NCBI GenBank assembly: GCA_963848295.1
Contig: CAWKDB010000010.1
Coordinates: forward strand, 3,712,001-3,776,000
Direction of reading: 5' to 3'
Source of the DNA: an uncultured delta proteobacterium
GTDB taxonomy: Bacteria > Myxococcota_A > Polyangia > Haliangiales > Haliangiaceae
DNA length: 64,000 nucleotides
In this document: piece by piece, positions 40,501 to 48,781 of the stretch
Numbering within the stretch: the first letter of the stretch is position 1
How the letters are laid out: the number at the start of each line of letters is the position of its first letter
Position numbers and translations under genes: made by a program
Notes under the pieces: model-generated
What the model was told of the DNA's origin: nothing
Database searches by the model: none
The model's input: the letters and a program-made list of their open reading frames with translations, nothing else

Positions 40501-41707
40501 CGCCTGTGACCCGGACAACGCCGAAGCGCATCGCAACCTCGGCCTCGCGTTCGCCCAGCAGGGCATGGTGCCGGACGCGATCCATCACCTCGTGCGAGCG
40601 ACGCGCGATCAGGCGCTGCACTTGACGTCGGGCGTGCTTTATCAGACCGGCCGACTCGTCGAAGCGATGGCGGTGCTCGCGTACGCGAGTCGCTGGTACG
40701 TGCGCGCCGATCAATGGCTCGCGTATGGCGGGATCGCGTACGGAGCCGGCGACAGCGCGCGGGCGGCTGCCGCGTACAAGCGCGCGTATCAACTCGAGCC
40801 CTCGGCATTCGACGCGACCCAACTCAACGCGTACGCCGGCGTGCTCGACGAGCTCGGCGAATACAAGAGCTGCGAGAAGATCGCAAACGAGCTGCTGCGC
40901 GTCGGCGCCGACGACGTGATGTGGCAGTGCAACGCGTGGCATCACCTCGCATGCTCGTACCTCGGGCAAGGCCGATTTCCCGAGGCGCTCGACTATGCCC
41001 AACGGGCGATGAATCAGAACCCGGTGCCAGACAGCGCCGATGCGTTCGCGGCGACGCTGAGCCGGGCGCAAGAACAGTCGCCGGCGATGCCACCGCCGCC
41101 ACCCGCAGGCGAGCAACGCGAGGCCGTGTTCGCCGAGCTCGAAGCAGGAAATCACAACGCGGCTTCCCTGCGCAGCCGCGATCCGAGTTGGCGAGTCCGC
41201 CGCGCCGCGCTGCACGCGATCCGGTTTCGGTTCGCGTCGGAGAACCAGGTCGACGTCGCGACGCGCGCGCGTGCCTCGGCCGTTGCGGTCATCGGTGACA
41301 CGACCGGAGCCGTCGAGCTCGATGCCGTGCTCGCCCGAGCGCTCGCGCTGCAGATTCGCGAGCACGCGTATTTTTCACGCGATCCGGTGCCGAGGCTCGG
41401 CGATCGGATGACGCGCGACGCGTTCTATCAGGAGTTTCGCGCCCGCGGCGGCATCGTGTTCGGCGACAACGCACCGAGCCGGCCGAGCTTCGTCGATCGC
41501 GTCGTCGTGCCCGGCGGCGCGGTGGCGCGCGTCAGCGACTATGTCGCGTTGCTGCGCGACCTCGCGGCGCTGACTCCGAAAGAGGCGCTCGCCCAATTCG
41601 ATCTCGACGATGCCGGCTATCTCGATGTCGCGAAAGCGTGGGTGGCCGCGCTCGAAGCCGACGCGACGCTCGCTGCTACGATCGCCGCCGGGCTCGCGAA
41701 GCGCTGA
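37562..41707 (+). CDS. Giant TPR-repeat protein (1381 aa)
   Basis: Multiple TPRs (DPDNAEAHRNLGLAFAQQG, AWHHLACSYLGQGRF); GTG overlaps the previous TAG. Confidence 0.75.
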   Translation: MPALAKPHRVAFLVPEVSIDGPDAPFERAAAALLWTACIEACQRHPRLAVLDPDATPLLPQDGHFVPKHAERGGRPNDAFFAPTRRDEVLWLELSLSGKPAAVRLHVVGRDGTQESFDALGRNIGSQVDQVLAAWLTARGLGPLPRRFEPATSDELLAVVRIIGPVLAEQARAWALPVATKPTWSLAVVADSLDESLDESLDLDDDAPVDVTVDSTLDTPVETTSGRSIARPVANRLPGQMRVSALRLLELALREDLSELVLALDPEHPQALFGKFEAAAPHRRDYALLRRVITSAPGWARPHEELDAADDASAAETFAEGVGAPSTLETTAAAAIAALCRPAALPVLVASAERLDGAARTDEALRLLERAVALMPDDPRAHVALLDLYEHADREGAQLDQALRSSSSHGCPMDPVLPWYPDQIHVDLRASTALLDVGRLDEAIALRANRLDGREAAWAAQARVLGDWRKDPRFVAWSYAREGYFRGDEARAVEGFGRVEPGDSIDLAIFLDSLVALGRENEVAFAWAQFGLGRGFSQSVARLAAARGLFAAGHWRDGLEQLWRVELGDPGRDEHVAIARALRTVSAVSADGFIAIEAAIAERLDAGATSLARRMARDLADFVPAATSSSVVARALGKANLVAFDPAWLAGFSPTTPSRRAIDALFADIDATRKDADARSELALGDRLVGRWLEVVFAEASEDDRAALAQAAAYTAAQALARYLAATTAGPALLAGALRTVAGEALALVARHRHALGDREARALCGAIDPALRRIDRWIGTQWLGAVERAVGLDERSNGDVVGFVARYPIVAARILGPEEVAVLGWSIARLFRERPDGWASAVAAQAERLATHTGGAGVDEWADAVVEQLATKTTELPDAIDALATASYLARGDSALPGLRAAGVLLAADRGEAALAVLCDALPDADVVTRDRELAPFANAWRAADINVPFEFERAAEETSAAVQAGAPARGVQLGRWAIACDPDNAEAHRNLGLAFAQQGMVPDAIHHLVRATRDQALHLTSGVLYQTGRLVEAMAVLAYASRWYVRADQWLAYGGIAYGAGDSARAAAAYKRAYQLEPSAFDATQLNAYAGVLDELGEYKSCEKIANELLRVGADDVMWQCNAWHHLACSYLGQGRFPEALDYAQRAMNQNPVPDSADAFAATLSRAQEQSPAMPPPPPAGEQREAVFAELEAGNHNAASLRSRDPSWRVRRAALHAIRFRFASENQVDVATRARASAVAVIGDTTGAVELDAVLARALALQIREHAYFSRDPVPRLGDRMTRDAFYQEFRARGGIVFGDNAPSRPSFVDRVVVPGGAVARVSDYVALLRDLAALTPKEALAQFDLDDAGYLDVAKAWVAALEADATLAATIAAGLAKR

Positions 41708-41718
41708 GCTCGCGCGAT

Positions 41719-42465
41719 TCAGACCGCGGTGAGCCCGCCGTCGACGACCAGCACCGCGCCGGTCGTGAAGCTCGCAGCATCCGACAGCAAGTACGTTGCC
41801 GCGCCGGCGATCTCACTCGGTTGTGCGTGGCGCGCGAGCGGCGTACGGCTCACCACGTGGTCGCGCAGCATCGGGTTCCCGACGATCGCCGAGGCGAACT
41901 TCGTCTCGACCAGGCCCGGCGCGATCGCGTTCACTCGAATCTTCGAGCTGCCGAGCTCGAACGCGAGCGTCTGCGTCATGCTGATCACCGCGGCCTTGGT
42001 CGCGCCGTAGATGCCCTGCATCGGCGCGGCGCGCATGCCAGCCACGCTCGCGACGTTGACGATCGAGCCGCCGCCATCGCGCGCTCGCGCGTGCTTCACG
42101 AACGCACGCACGCAGTACAGATAGCCGCGGAGGTTGACCTCGATCGTCTTATCGATCGCGCTATCGGGGGTGTCGACCAGCGGACCGAAGTAGGGGTTCG
42201 TGGCGGCGTTGTTGACCAGGCCGTCGACCCGCCCGAACTTTTCGAGCGCCTTCGCGAACAGCGCGTCGACCTCTTCGGCCTTGCCGGTATGCGCGGCGAT
42301 CGCGATCGCGCGATCGGCAGGCAACGTCGCGACGAGGCGATCCAGGTCCGGCTGTTTTCGCGATGCCAATACGACCTTCGCGCCGCCGTCGAGGCACGCG
42401 CGTACGATCGCCTCGCCGATCCCGCGGCTCGCTCCGGTGACGACGATGACCTTGTCCTGCAACAT
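41719..42465 (-). CDS. Short-chain dehydrogenase/reductase (DHRS4/FabG-like)
   Basis: TGASRGIG, NNAATNPYFG, YGATK. Confidence 0.9.
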   Translation of the reverse strand: MLQDKVIVVTGASRGIGEAIVRACLDGGAKVVLASRKQPDLDRLVATLPADRAIAIAAHTGKAEEVDALFAKALEKFGRVDGLVNNAATNPYFGPLVDTPDSAIDKTIEVNLRGYLYCVRAFVKHARARDGGGSIVNVASVAGMRAAPMQGIYGATKAAVISMTQTLAFELGSSKIRVNAIAPGLVETKFASAIVGNPMLRDHVVSRTPLARHAQPSEIAGAATYLLSDAASFTTGAVLVVDGGLTAV

Positions 42466-42718
42466 GGCCGGACCGTATCACCGCCGACCGGCACGACGAC
42501 CCAGCCCGGGGGGCGTCGTTACAACTGGCAGCGTGCCAATACCGGACACCTGCCGGCTGATCGTCTGGCCAGGCTGGCGGAAACGCCGCCGCCCGCGACT
42601 CGACGAGCCGTGGTTTGCGTCGAGGGCAAGGTCATAGCGGCCTGACCTGCTCTAGCGCATTCGCGGAGTTGGCCGGACAGTTCCGGACAGCGCGAGCGAT
42701 CGCCTGTCGACTGCGGAC

Positions 42719-42733
42719 TGGCGCGTTCGTTGC
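42719..42733 (+). promoter_or_regulatory. Candidate sigma-54 promoter of the PLD gene
   Basis: TGGCGCG-TTCG-TTGC (GG-N10-GC) 14 nt before ATG 42748; tandem CCGGACAG at 42673 and 42683. Confidence 0.6.
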
Positions 42734-42747
42734 GATTGGCGGTTCGC

Positions 42748-44199
42748 ATGATTCGCTTAGCGACCGCGGCTCTCGCCCTTCCGTTCCTCGCGCTGGTGGC
42801 AACTCAACCTTCCTGCACCCAGGCTGCGACCGATGACGACCCGGATGGCGACCCGGTGCTCGACGGCAAGTCTGACGGAGCGAGCCCGATCCTCAAGGGT
42901 GTGCTCGACTGGACCGGCTCGCAAGACGTGGCGTTCACCGACGACAGCGGGGACAGCACGAAGCTCGTGTATCTGACGTTCTCGCTGTCGGGCGATGCCG
43001 ACGTCGTGGTCGATACTCGAGCGCCCGCATCGAACGGGTCGAGCAGCCTCGATACCGTGCTCTACATCTACAAGCCGACCGGCGATGACTGGAACGCATA
43101 CCTCTATCGCAACGACAACGGCGGCGCCGGCAAGTACTCGCAGATCTCGGCGCACCTCGGCGCGGGTGATTACCGCGTGTTGATCCGGCGCAAGACCGGC
43201 ACCGGCACGCCGAACGTCGGCGTGGCAGCGACCTGCTCGGGCGCCGGTTGCGCCCCGGCGGTCGAGATGGGTTGCACCGCGCTGGCGCCGCGTACCGTGG
43301 ATCCCGAGATCTTCATCGGGCCCGACACCTGGGAGTCGAACATCGAAGCACAGATCGACAGCGCGACGACCTCGCTAGACGTTCAGATGTACCTGTTCAC
43401 CGTCACGGATATCGCGCAACACATCATCACCGCCGCCACGATGCGCGGCATCGCGGTGCGCGTGCTGACCGACAACAGCGAAGGCCCGAACAACGCCGCG
43501 GTGATCGCGCTGCTGAACGGCGCGCACATCCCGAATCACATCGACCCGACGATCTTCTCGTTTGCCCACGCGAAGTACATGATCGTCGACAAGCAGACCG
43601 CGGTGATCTTGTCCGGCAACTTCAACGTCGGCGCGGTGACCACCACCGGCGGCGGCGAGCGCAACTACGGCATCATCGATCGCGATCCGCAGGACGTCGC
43701 GGACCTCCAGAAGGTGTACGAGAGCGACTGGGCCGCCGGTCCGGAACCGGATCTCAGCTGCACTCGGCTGATCGTGTCGCCGATCAACTCGAAGCAGCGC
43801 GTGCTCGACCACGTCAACGCGGCCACGAGCACGCTCGACATCGAGGTGCTCTACCTCGACGACCTCGACGTTCGTGCCGCGATCGTCGCTGCCGCGCAGG
43901 TCCGCCACGTCGCGGTCCGCATCCTGTTGTCCGACCCGGCGAAGAACCCACAGAACACCGACACCCAGACCTACTTCGCCGGCCTCGGCATCCCGACGAA
44001 GTTCTTGCTCACCAACTACCTGCACGCGAAGATGTTGCAGTCCGACGGCGTCGCGCAGGTCGCCTCCGAGAACATGTCGGAGACGTCGCTGACGAAGAAC
44101 CGCGAGGTCGGTGAGCTGATCTTCGAGCCGACCCCGGCCGGCGAGATCCACGCTCAATACGAAGCGGACTGGGCCGCCGGCGTCGATTCGCCGAACTAG
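42748..44199 (+). CDS. Secreted phospholipase D-superfamily protein with N-terminal PPC-like domain
   Basis: Two HKD motifs (HAKYMIVD...SGNFN and HAKMLQSD...SENMS); signal peptide; GKSD motif; LDTVLYIY...NDNGG PPC-like domain. Confidence 0.85.
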   Translation: MIRLATAALALPFLALVATQPSCTQAATDDDPDGDPVLDGKSDGASPILKGVLDWTGSQDVAFTDDSGDSTKLVYLTFSLSGDADVVVDTRAPASNGSSSLDTVLYIYKPTGDDWNAYLYRNDNGGAGKYSQISAHLGAGDYRVLIRRKTGTGTPNVGVAATCSGAGCAPAVEMGCTALAPRTVDPEIFIGPDTWESNIEAQIDSATTSLDVQMYLFTVTDIAQHIITAATMRGIAVRVLTDNSEGPNNAAVIALLNGAHIPNHIDPTIFSFAHAKYMIVDKQTAVILSGNFNVGAVTTTGGGERNYGIIDRDPQDVADLQKVYESDWAAGPEPDLSCTRLIVSPINSKQRVLDHVNAATSTLDIEVLYLDDLDVRAAIVAAAQVRHVAVRILLSDPAKNPQNTDTQTYFAGLGIPTKFLLTNYLHAKMLQSDGVAQVASENMSETSLTKNREVGELIFEPTPAGEIHAQYEADWAAGVDSPN

Positions 44200-44278
44200 C
44201 GCGGATAGGAGCGGCTCGGGCGTGCTGTCCGGTATTGGCAGCCGTGCAATAGCAGCGCGAGGATGCGCCGACGGACGC

Positions 44279-44326
44279 TTGACGCGATGCGTCCAAGCGG
44301 CCATAAAATGAATGACGGTTCATTCA
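44279..44326 (+). promoter_or_regulatory. Sigma-70 promoter overlapped by a TetR-family FadR(YsiA)-like operator
   Basis: TTGACG at 44279; CATAAAAT at 44302-44309; palindrome TGAATGA-CGGT-TCATTCA at 44309-44326. Confidence 0.7.
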
Positions 44327-44342
44327 CCCGCGAGGATCCGCG

Positions 44343-46169
44343 ATGGCGCAGCAGAACTACTACAAGGCCAACCTCCGTGACCTGAGCTTCCTGCTGTTCG
44401 AGCAGTTTCATCTCGACGAGCTGCTCGGCAAAGCGCCGTACCCGAACTGGGGCAAGGACGAAGTCCTCGCCGTGATCGAAGAGTCGTACGGCTGGGTCCA
44501 GAAGTATCTCGGGCCGATCAACGCCGGCGGAGACGACGGCTGTCGGATCGACAAGGGGCAGGTCCACGTGCCGGCCGGGTTCAAGGAAGCGTGGAAGGCG
44601 TTGTTCGAAGCGGGTTGGCGCACGCTCGCGATCGAGGAGTCGAACGGCGGGCAGGGTGGGCCGTTCACGCTCGCGATGATGGTCGAGGAATTCATGTGCG
44701 GCTCGTGCACGTCGTTCAACATGTACCCGGCGCTGACCCAGGGCGCGGCCGACGTGATCACCGCGTTCGGCACGCCGGAGCAGCAGAAGACGTACGTCCC
44801 GCGAATGTTCGATGGTTCGTATGCAGGCACGATGTGCTTGACCGAGCCGCAAGCGGGCTCGGACGTCGGCTCCGCGACTACCCAGGCGAAGCGCCGGCCC
44901 GACGGCAAGTACGAGATCAAGGGCACGAAGATCTTCATCTCCGGCGGCGATCAGGACATGACGGCGAACATCATCCACATGGTGCTCGCTAGAACGCCGG
45001 ACGCGCCGCCCGGCACGAAGGGGCTGTCGCTGTTCATCGTGCCCAAGCTGAAACCCGACGGCACGAGCAACGACGTCGCGACCGCCGGGATCGAGCACAA
45101 GATGGGCATCAAGGGCTCGTCGACCGCGCAGCTCGTGTTCGGCGACAACGACAACTGCGTCGGCGAGCTCGTCGGCACGATCGAGCAAAAGGGCATGTCG
45201 CAGATGTTCCACCTGATGAACTACGCCCGGATCGGCGTCGGAATTCAGGGACTGGCGCTCGCATCGTCGGCGTATCTCAATGCGCTCGACTATGCGAAGG
45301 ATCGCAAGCAAGGTAGCTCGATCAAGCACTGGAAGGACGCCGCGGCGCCGCGCGTGCCGATCATCGAGCATCCCGATGTCCGGCGCATGCTGCTCGACAT
45401 GAAGTCGCGGATCGAGGGCATTCGCGCGCTTGCGGTCAAGCTGACCATGCACATCGACCGCGCGACCGCGATCGAGAAGACCGGCGGCGACAAGGCCGCG
45501 GCCGAGCACCACCACGGTCAGGTCGATCTGCTGGTGCCGTTGCTCAAGGCGTACGGCAGCGACCAGGCCTTCCAGGTCTGCGCGACCGCGATCCAAGTCT
45601 ACGGCGGTGCGGGCTATCTCAAGGATTGGCCGGTCGAGCAGTACTGTCGCGACTCGAAGATCTTTTCGATCTACGAGGGTACGAACCACATCCAAGCGAT
45701 GGATCTCGTCGGCCGCAAGCTGATGCAGCGCGGCGGCGCGAACGTGCAGGCGTTCACGAAGGATGTCGCCGCGTTCGTCGCGACCAACAAAGACCACGCG
45801 ACGCTCAAAGACTCGATCGCCGTGCTCGGCCAAGCCATGGACGCGTTGACCGCGACCGGCGGGAAGTTCATGCAGTGGTTCGGCGGCGGCAAGATGGAGA
45901 TGGTTCCGGCAGCGGCGAACCGCTTCCTCGAGATGATGTCCGAGCTCACGATCGGCTGGCTGCTCCTCGAGCAAGCCGTGATCGCGGAAGCGGCGCTCGC
46001 GAAAGTCACGGCCGATCACCCCGACCACGGCTTCTACACCGGCAAGCGTTTTGCCGCGCAGTACTTCGCCGCGAACGTGCTGCCCGGCGTTGCGGCGAAG
46101 GCGCAGCTCATCGCGCGTGAGGATCGCTCTGCGATCGATGTTCCTATCGACGCGTTCCCGCACGCCTGA
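44343..46169 (+). CDS. Acyl-CoA dehydrogenase (long DmdC/FadE5-like type)
   Basis: GTMCLTEPQAGSDVG, GTKIFISGG, EHKMGIKGS, IQVYGGAGY, IYEGTNHIQAMDL. Confidence 0.93.
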   Translation: MAQQNYYKANLRDLSFLLFEQFHLDELLGKAPYPNWGKDEVLAVIEESYGWVQKYLGPINAGGDDGCRIDKGQVHVPAGFKEAWKALFEAGWRTLAIEESNGGQGGPFTLAMMVEEFMCGSCTSFNMYPALTQGAADVITAFGTPEQQKTYVPRMFDGSYAGTMCLTEPQAGSDVGSATTQAKRRPDGKYEIKGTKIFISGGDQDMTANIIHMVLARTPDAPPGTKGLSLFIVPKLKPDGTSNDVATAGIEHKMGIKGSSTAQLVFGDNDNCVGELVGTIEQKGMSQMFHLMNYARIGVGIQGLALASSAYLNALDYAKDRKQGSSIKHWKDAAAPRVPIIEHPDVRRMLLDMKSRIEGIRALAVKLTMHIDRATAIEKTGGDKAAAEHHHGQVDLLVPLLKAYGSDQAFQVCATAIQVYGGAGYLKDWPVEQYCRDSKIFSIYEGTNHIQAMDLVGRKLMQRGGANVQAFTKDVAAFVATNKDHATLKDSIAVLGQAMDALTATGGKFMQWFGGGKMEMVPAAANRFLEMMSELTIGWLLLEQAVIAEAALAKVTADHPDHGFYTGKRFAAQYFAANVLPGVAAKAQLIAREDRSAIDVPIDAFPHA

Positions 46170-46196
46170 GCGGGCGACTAACGTATAGTCGGTGCG

Positions 46197-46319
46197 ATGA
46201 CTCGCGCGTTCGCGCTCGCCACGGTGCTCGCCGGTTGTGGCAGCACGGCGCCGACGCCCGCGACACCTGTGCCTGTGCCGGCTGCACCGGCGCGTTCACC
46301 TGCGCCTCCGCTGCCCTGA
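46197..46319 (+). CDS. 40-aa lipoprotein leader with Pro-rich tail, in frame with the downstream gene
   Basis: MTRAFALATVLAGC-GSTAPTPATPVPVPAAPARSPAPPLP*; TATAGT box 7 nt upstream; followed by TGA-GCC-ATG. Confidence 0.55.
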   Translation: MTRAFALATVLAGCGSTAPTPATPVPVPAAPARSPAPPLP

Positions 46320-46322
46320 GCC

Positions 46323-47195
46323 ATGAGTGAAGATCTCGAGCTGACGGTGGTCCAGCCGGCGAGGGATGAGCTCGGCTATCTGGGCGCGTTCGCGATCGAC
46401 GAGCGTGCGATCTATGCGGTCGGCGGGCTATCGAGCGCCGCGCCGACGCTGCTCGTCTCGACCGACGGCAGACAGTTCGCGAGACGCGCGACGCCGCGCG
46501 AGCTCGGGCTGCGAGACGTGCGTATGATCGGCGATGCGCTGTGGGTGTGCGGCGAGTACGGCCAGCTCGCGGCGTCTCGCGATCGCGGCGAGACCTGGAA
46601 GCTCGTGGCTACCGGCACGACCGAGTGCTTGTTCGGACTCGCGGTCGCGGCGGATGGCGCGCTGTGGGTCATCGGCGATCGCGGCTTCGCGGCAAGAGTC
46701 ACCTGCGACCAGGCCGAACGAGTCGCGTCGGAGACCGACGTGAGGTTATCAGCCGCGTTCGCGCTCGGCGACGAGATGCTCGGGCTCGGTGGCGATGGCG
46801 GGATTCGCCGCTGGCGCGGCGGCACGGTTTCGATCGCGGCGAGCGGCAGTAGCAGACCGCTGACCGGGTTCGTGCGAACGCGCGACGACACCTGGGTCGT
46901 GGTCGGCGACGCGGGCTTCGTCTCGCGCTCGCCCGATGGCGCCTGGTTTACCGTCGTGAAGACCGAGGTCACCTGCGACTTCGAAGCGGTCACGATGCTC
47001 GCCGACGGCCGGATCGTGATCGTCGGCGACGGTGGGACCGTGTTGGTCTCGGCCGACGATGGCCGCCACTGGACGGCTCCGGCGATCGCGCCCGAGCTCG
47101 GCGACGCTCACTTGTGGAGCATCGCGCCGTATCGCGACGGGGCGCTCGTCGGCGGTGACCGGGGCCTCGTCGCGCGCTTGGGACCGCGCACGTGA
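46323..47195 (+). CDS. YCF48/BNR-repeat beta-propeller protein
   Basis: Repeated VGDxG...SxDGGxxW blades (SRDRGETW, SPDGAW, SADDGRHW). Confidence 0.78.
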   Translation: MSEDLELTVVQPARDELGYLGAFAIDERAIYAVGGLSSAAPTLLVSTDGRQFARRATPRELGLRDVRMIGDALWVCGEYGQLAASRDRGETWKLVATGTTECLFGLAVAADGALWVIGDRGFAARVTCDQAERVASETDVRLSAAFALGDEMLGLGGDGGIRRWRGGTVSIAASGSSRPLTGFVRTRDDTWVVVGDAGFVSRSPDGAWFTVVKTEVTCDFEAVTMLADGRIVIVGDGGTVLVSADDGRHWTAPAIAPELGDAHLWSIAPYRDGALVGGDRGLVARLGPRT

Positions 47196-48736
47196 AGCTC
47201 GACTCCGAACGCGACTACACGCTCGAGCTCGAGCTCGACGAGGCAGACGACTCGACGTCGCTCGCGCGCAAGCTCGCGGCTCAGCTCGGTGTCGCACCGG
47301 CCGAGCTCCCGGCGATCGAGCTGCGCCGGCGCTCGATCGACGCGCGCCGCGGCCGCGTCCGGTTCCACCTCGTCGTCGGCGGAGCGCGCATCGAGCCGAT
47401 CGGTGGTGCGCCGCTGCGCGAGACCGCCGGGCCGCCGGTCGTCATCGTCGGCGCCGGGCCGGCCGGCTTGTTCTGCGCGTACGAGCTCGCGCGCGCCGGC
47501 GTGCGCTCGGTGATCGTCGATCGCGGCAAGGACGTGCAAGCGCGCCGTCGCGATCTCAAAGGCCTGACCCGGCACGGCACGGTGGACGGCGATTCGAACT
47601 ATTGCTTCGGCGAGGGAGGCGCCGGCACGTACTCCGACGGCAAGCTCTACACGCGCGCGCACAAGCGCGGTGACGTGCGCGATGTCATCGAGGTCCTCGC
47701 GAAGCACGGCGCGCCGCACGAGATCCTCGTCGACGCCCGGCCGCATATCGGCTCGAACAAGCTGCCGAAAGTGATCGCCGCGTTGCGCGACGCGCTCGTC
47801 GCGGTCGGCAGCGAGATCCGGTTCGGCGGGCGCGCGACCGAGCTCGTCGTCAAAGACGGGCGCGCGATCGGCGTGGCGCTCGCGAGCGGCGAGGAGCTCG
47901 TCGGCCGAGCCGTCGTGATCGCGACCGGGCACTCGGCGCGAGATGTCCACCACTGGCTCGCCCGCGCGGGCGTGCGGCTCGAAGCGAAGGCGTTCGCGAT
48001 GGGCGTGCGGATCGAGCATCCTCAGCCGCTGATCGATCGCGCGCAGTATGGTCGCGCGGCCGGCCACCCGCGGCTCGCCGCGGCCGCGTATCGGCTCGCG
48101 TTCACGCCGAGCGATGGTCGCGGCGCGTTCTCGTTCTGCATGTGCCCGGGTGGCTGGATCGTGCCGGCGGCGACCGAGCCCGACGGTGTCGTCGTCAACG
48201 GCATGAGCCTGTCGCGCCGCGACTCGCCGTACGCGAACAGCGGCTTGGTCGTCTCGGTCGAGCCCGCCGACTTCGGCGGTGACCCGTTCAACGGCGTCGA
48301 GCTGCAACGCACGCTCGAGCGCGCCGCGGCGATCGCCGGTGGCGGGCAGCTCCGCGCACCCGCCACTCGCGCGACCGACTTCGTCGCCGGCAAGTCATCA
48401 TCGACCGTGCCGGCGTCGAGCTACGAGCCCGGGCTCGCCGCCGGCAACATCGCGGACGTGCTCGCGACCACCGGCTTGCCACTCGCCGCGCGGCTGCGCG
48501 ATGCGATCACCGCGTTCGATCGGCAGATCCGCGGCTACCTCACCGCCGAAGCGGTGCTCGTCGGCGTCGAGTCGCGCACGTCATCGCCGCTGCGCGTGCC
48601 GCGCGATGCCGCGACGCTCGAGGCGATCCCCGGGCTCTACCCGTGCGGCGAAGGCGCGGGCTACGCCGGCGGCATCGTGTCGGCCGCGCTCGACGGCATA
48701 CGCGTCGCTCGAGCGATCACCGCGACGGGTCAGTGA
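47192..48736 (+). CDS. FAD-dependent oxidoreductase (COG2509-like)
   Basis: GAGPAG, FGEGGAGTYSDGKL, FCMCPGG, GEGAGYAGGIVSAALDG. Confidence 0.88.
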   Translation: MKLDSERDYTLELELDEADDSTSLARKLAAQLGVAPAELPAIELRRRSIDARRGRVRFHLVVGGARIEPIGGAPLRETAGPPVVIVGAGPAGLFCAYELARAGVRSVIVDRGKDVQARRRDLKGLTRHGTVDGDSNYCFGEGGAGTYSDGKLYTRAHKRGDVRDVIEVLAKHGAPHEILVDARPHIGSNKLPKVIAALRDALVAVGSEIRFGGRATELVVKDGRAIGVALASGEELVGRAVVIATGHSARDVHHWLARAGVRLEAKAFAMGVRIEHPQPLIDRAQYGRAAGHPRLAAAAYRLAFTPSDGRGAFSFCMCPGGWIVPAATEPDGVVVNGMSLSRRDSPYANSGLVVSVEPADFGGDPFNGVELQRTLERAAAIAGGGQLRAPATRATDFVAGKSSSTVPASSYEPGLAAGNIADVLATTGLPLAARLRDAITAFDRQIRGYLTAEAVLVGVESRTSSPLRVPRDAATLEAIPGLYPCGEGAGYAGGIVSAALDGIRVARAITATGQ

Positions 48737-48781
48737 GCCCGAGCTTCGCGAGGTTCTTCGCCGCGCCCGCGACTCTCGATC

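Larger units (their letters stand above)
42534..44240. repeat. Perfect 15-bp inverted repeat pair bracketing the PLD gene
   Basis: TGCCAATACCGGACA at 42534-42548 and TGTCCGGTATTGGCA at 44226-44240. Confidence 0.8.

Noticed and set aside
38654..41365. 903-aa minus-strand ORF and many similar long antisense ORFs (e.g. 10610..12664, 44196..46163, 29809..31542)
   Set aside because: Stop-poor shadow frames expected at this GC content; no motifs, and they lie opposite well-supported genes
42748..44199. PLD as an anti-phage nuclease (Zucchini/DISARM DrmC-like)
   Set aside because: It has a signal peptide, a PPC-like domain and two HKD motifs typical of secreted lipid-acting PLDs, with no defence genes adjacent
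46317..46319. Selenocysteine at the in-frame TGA
   Set aside because: It falls in a Pro-rich linker rather than a redox motif, and no convincing SECIS-like hairpin was seen downstream
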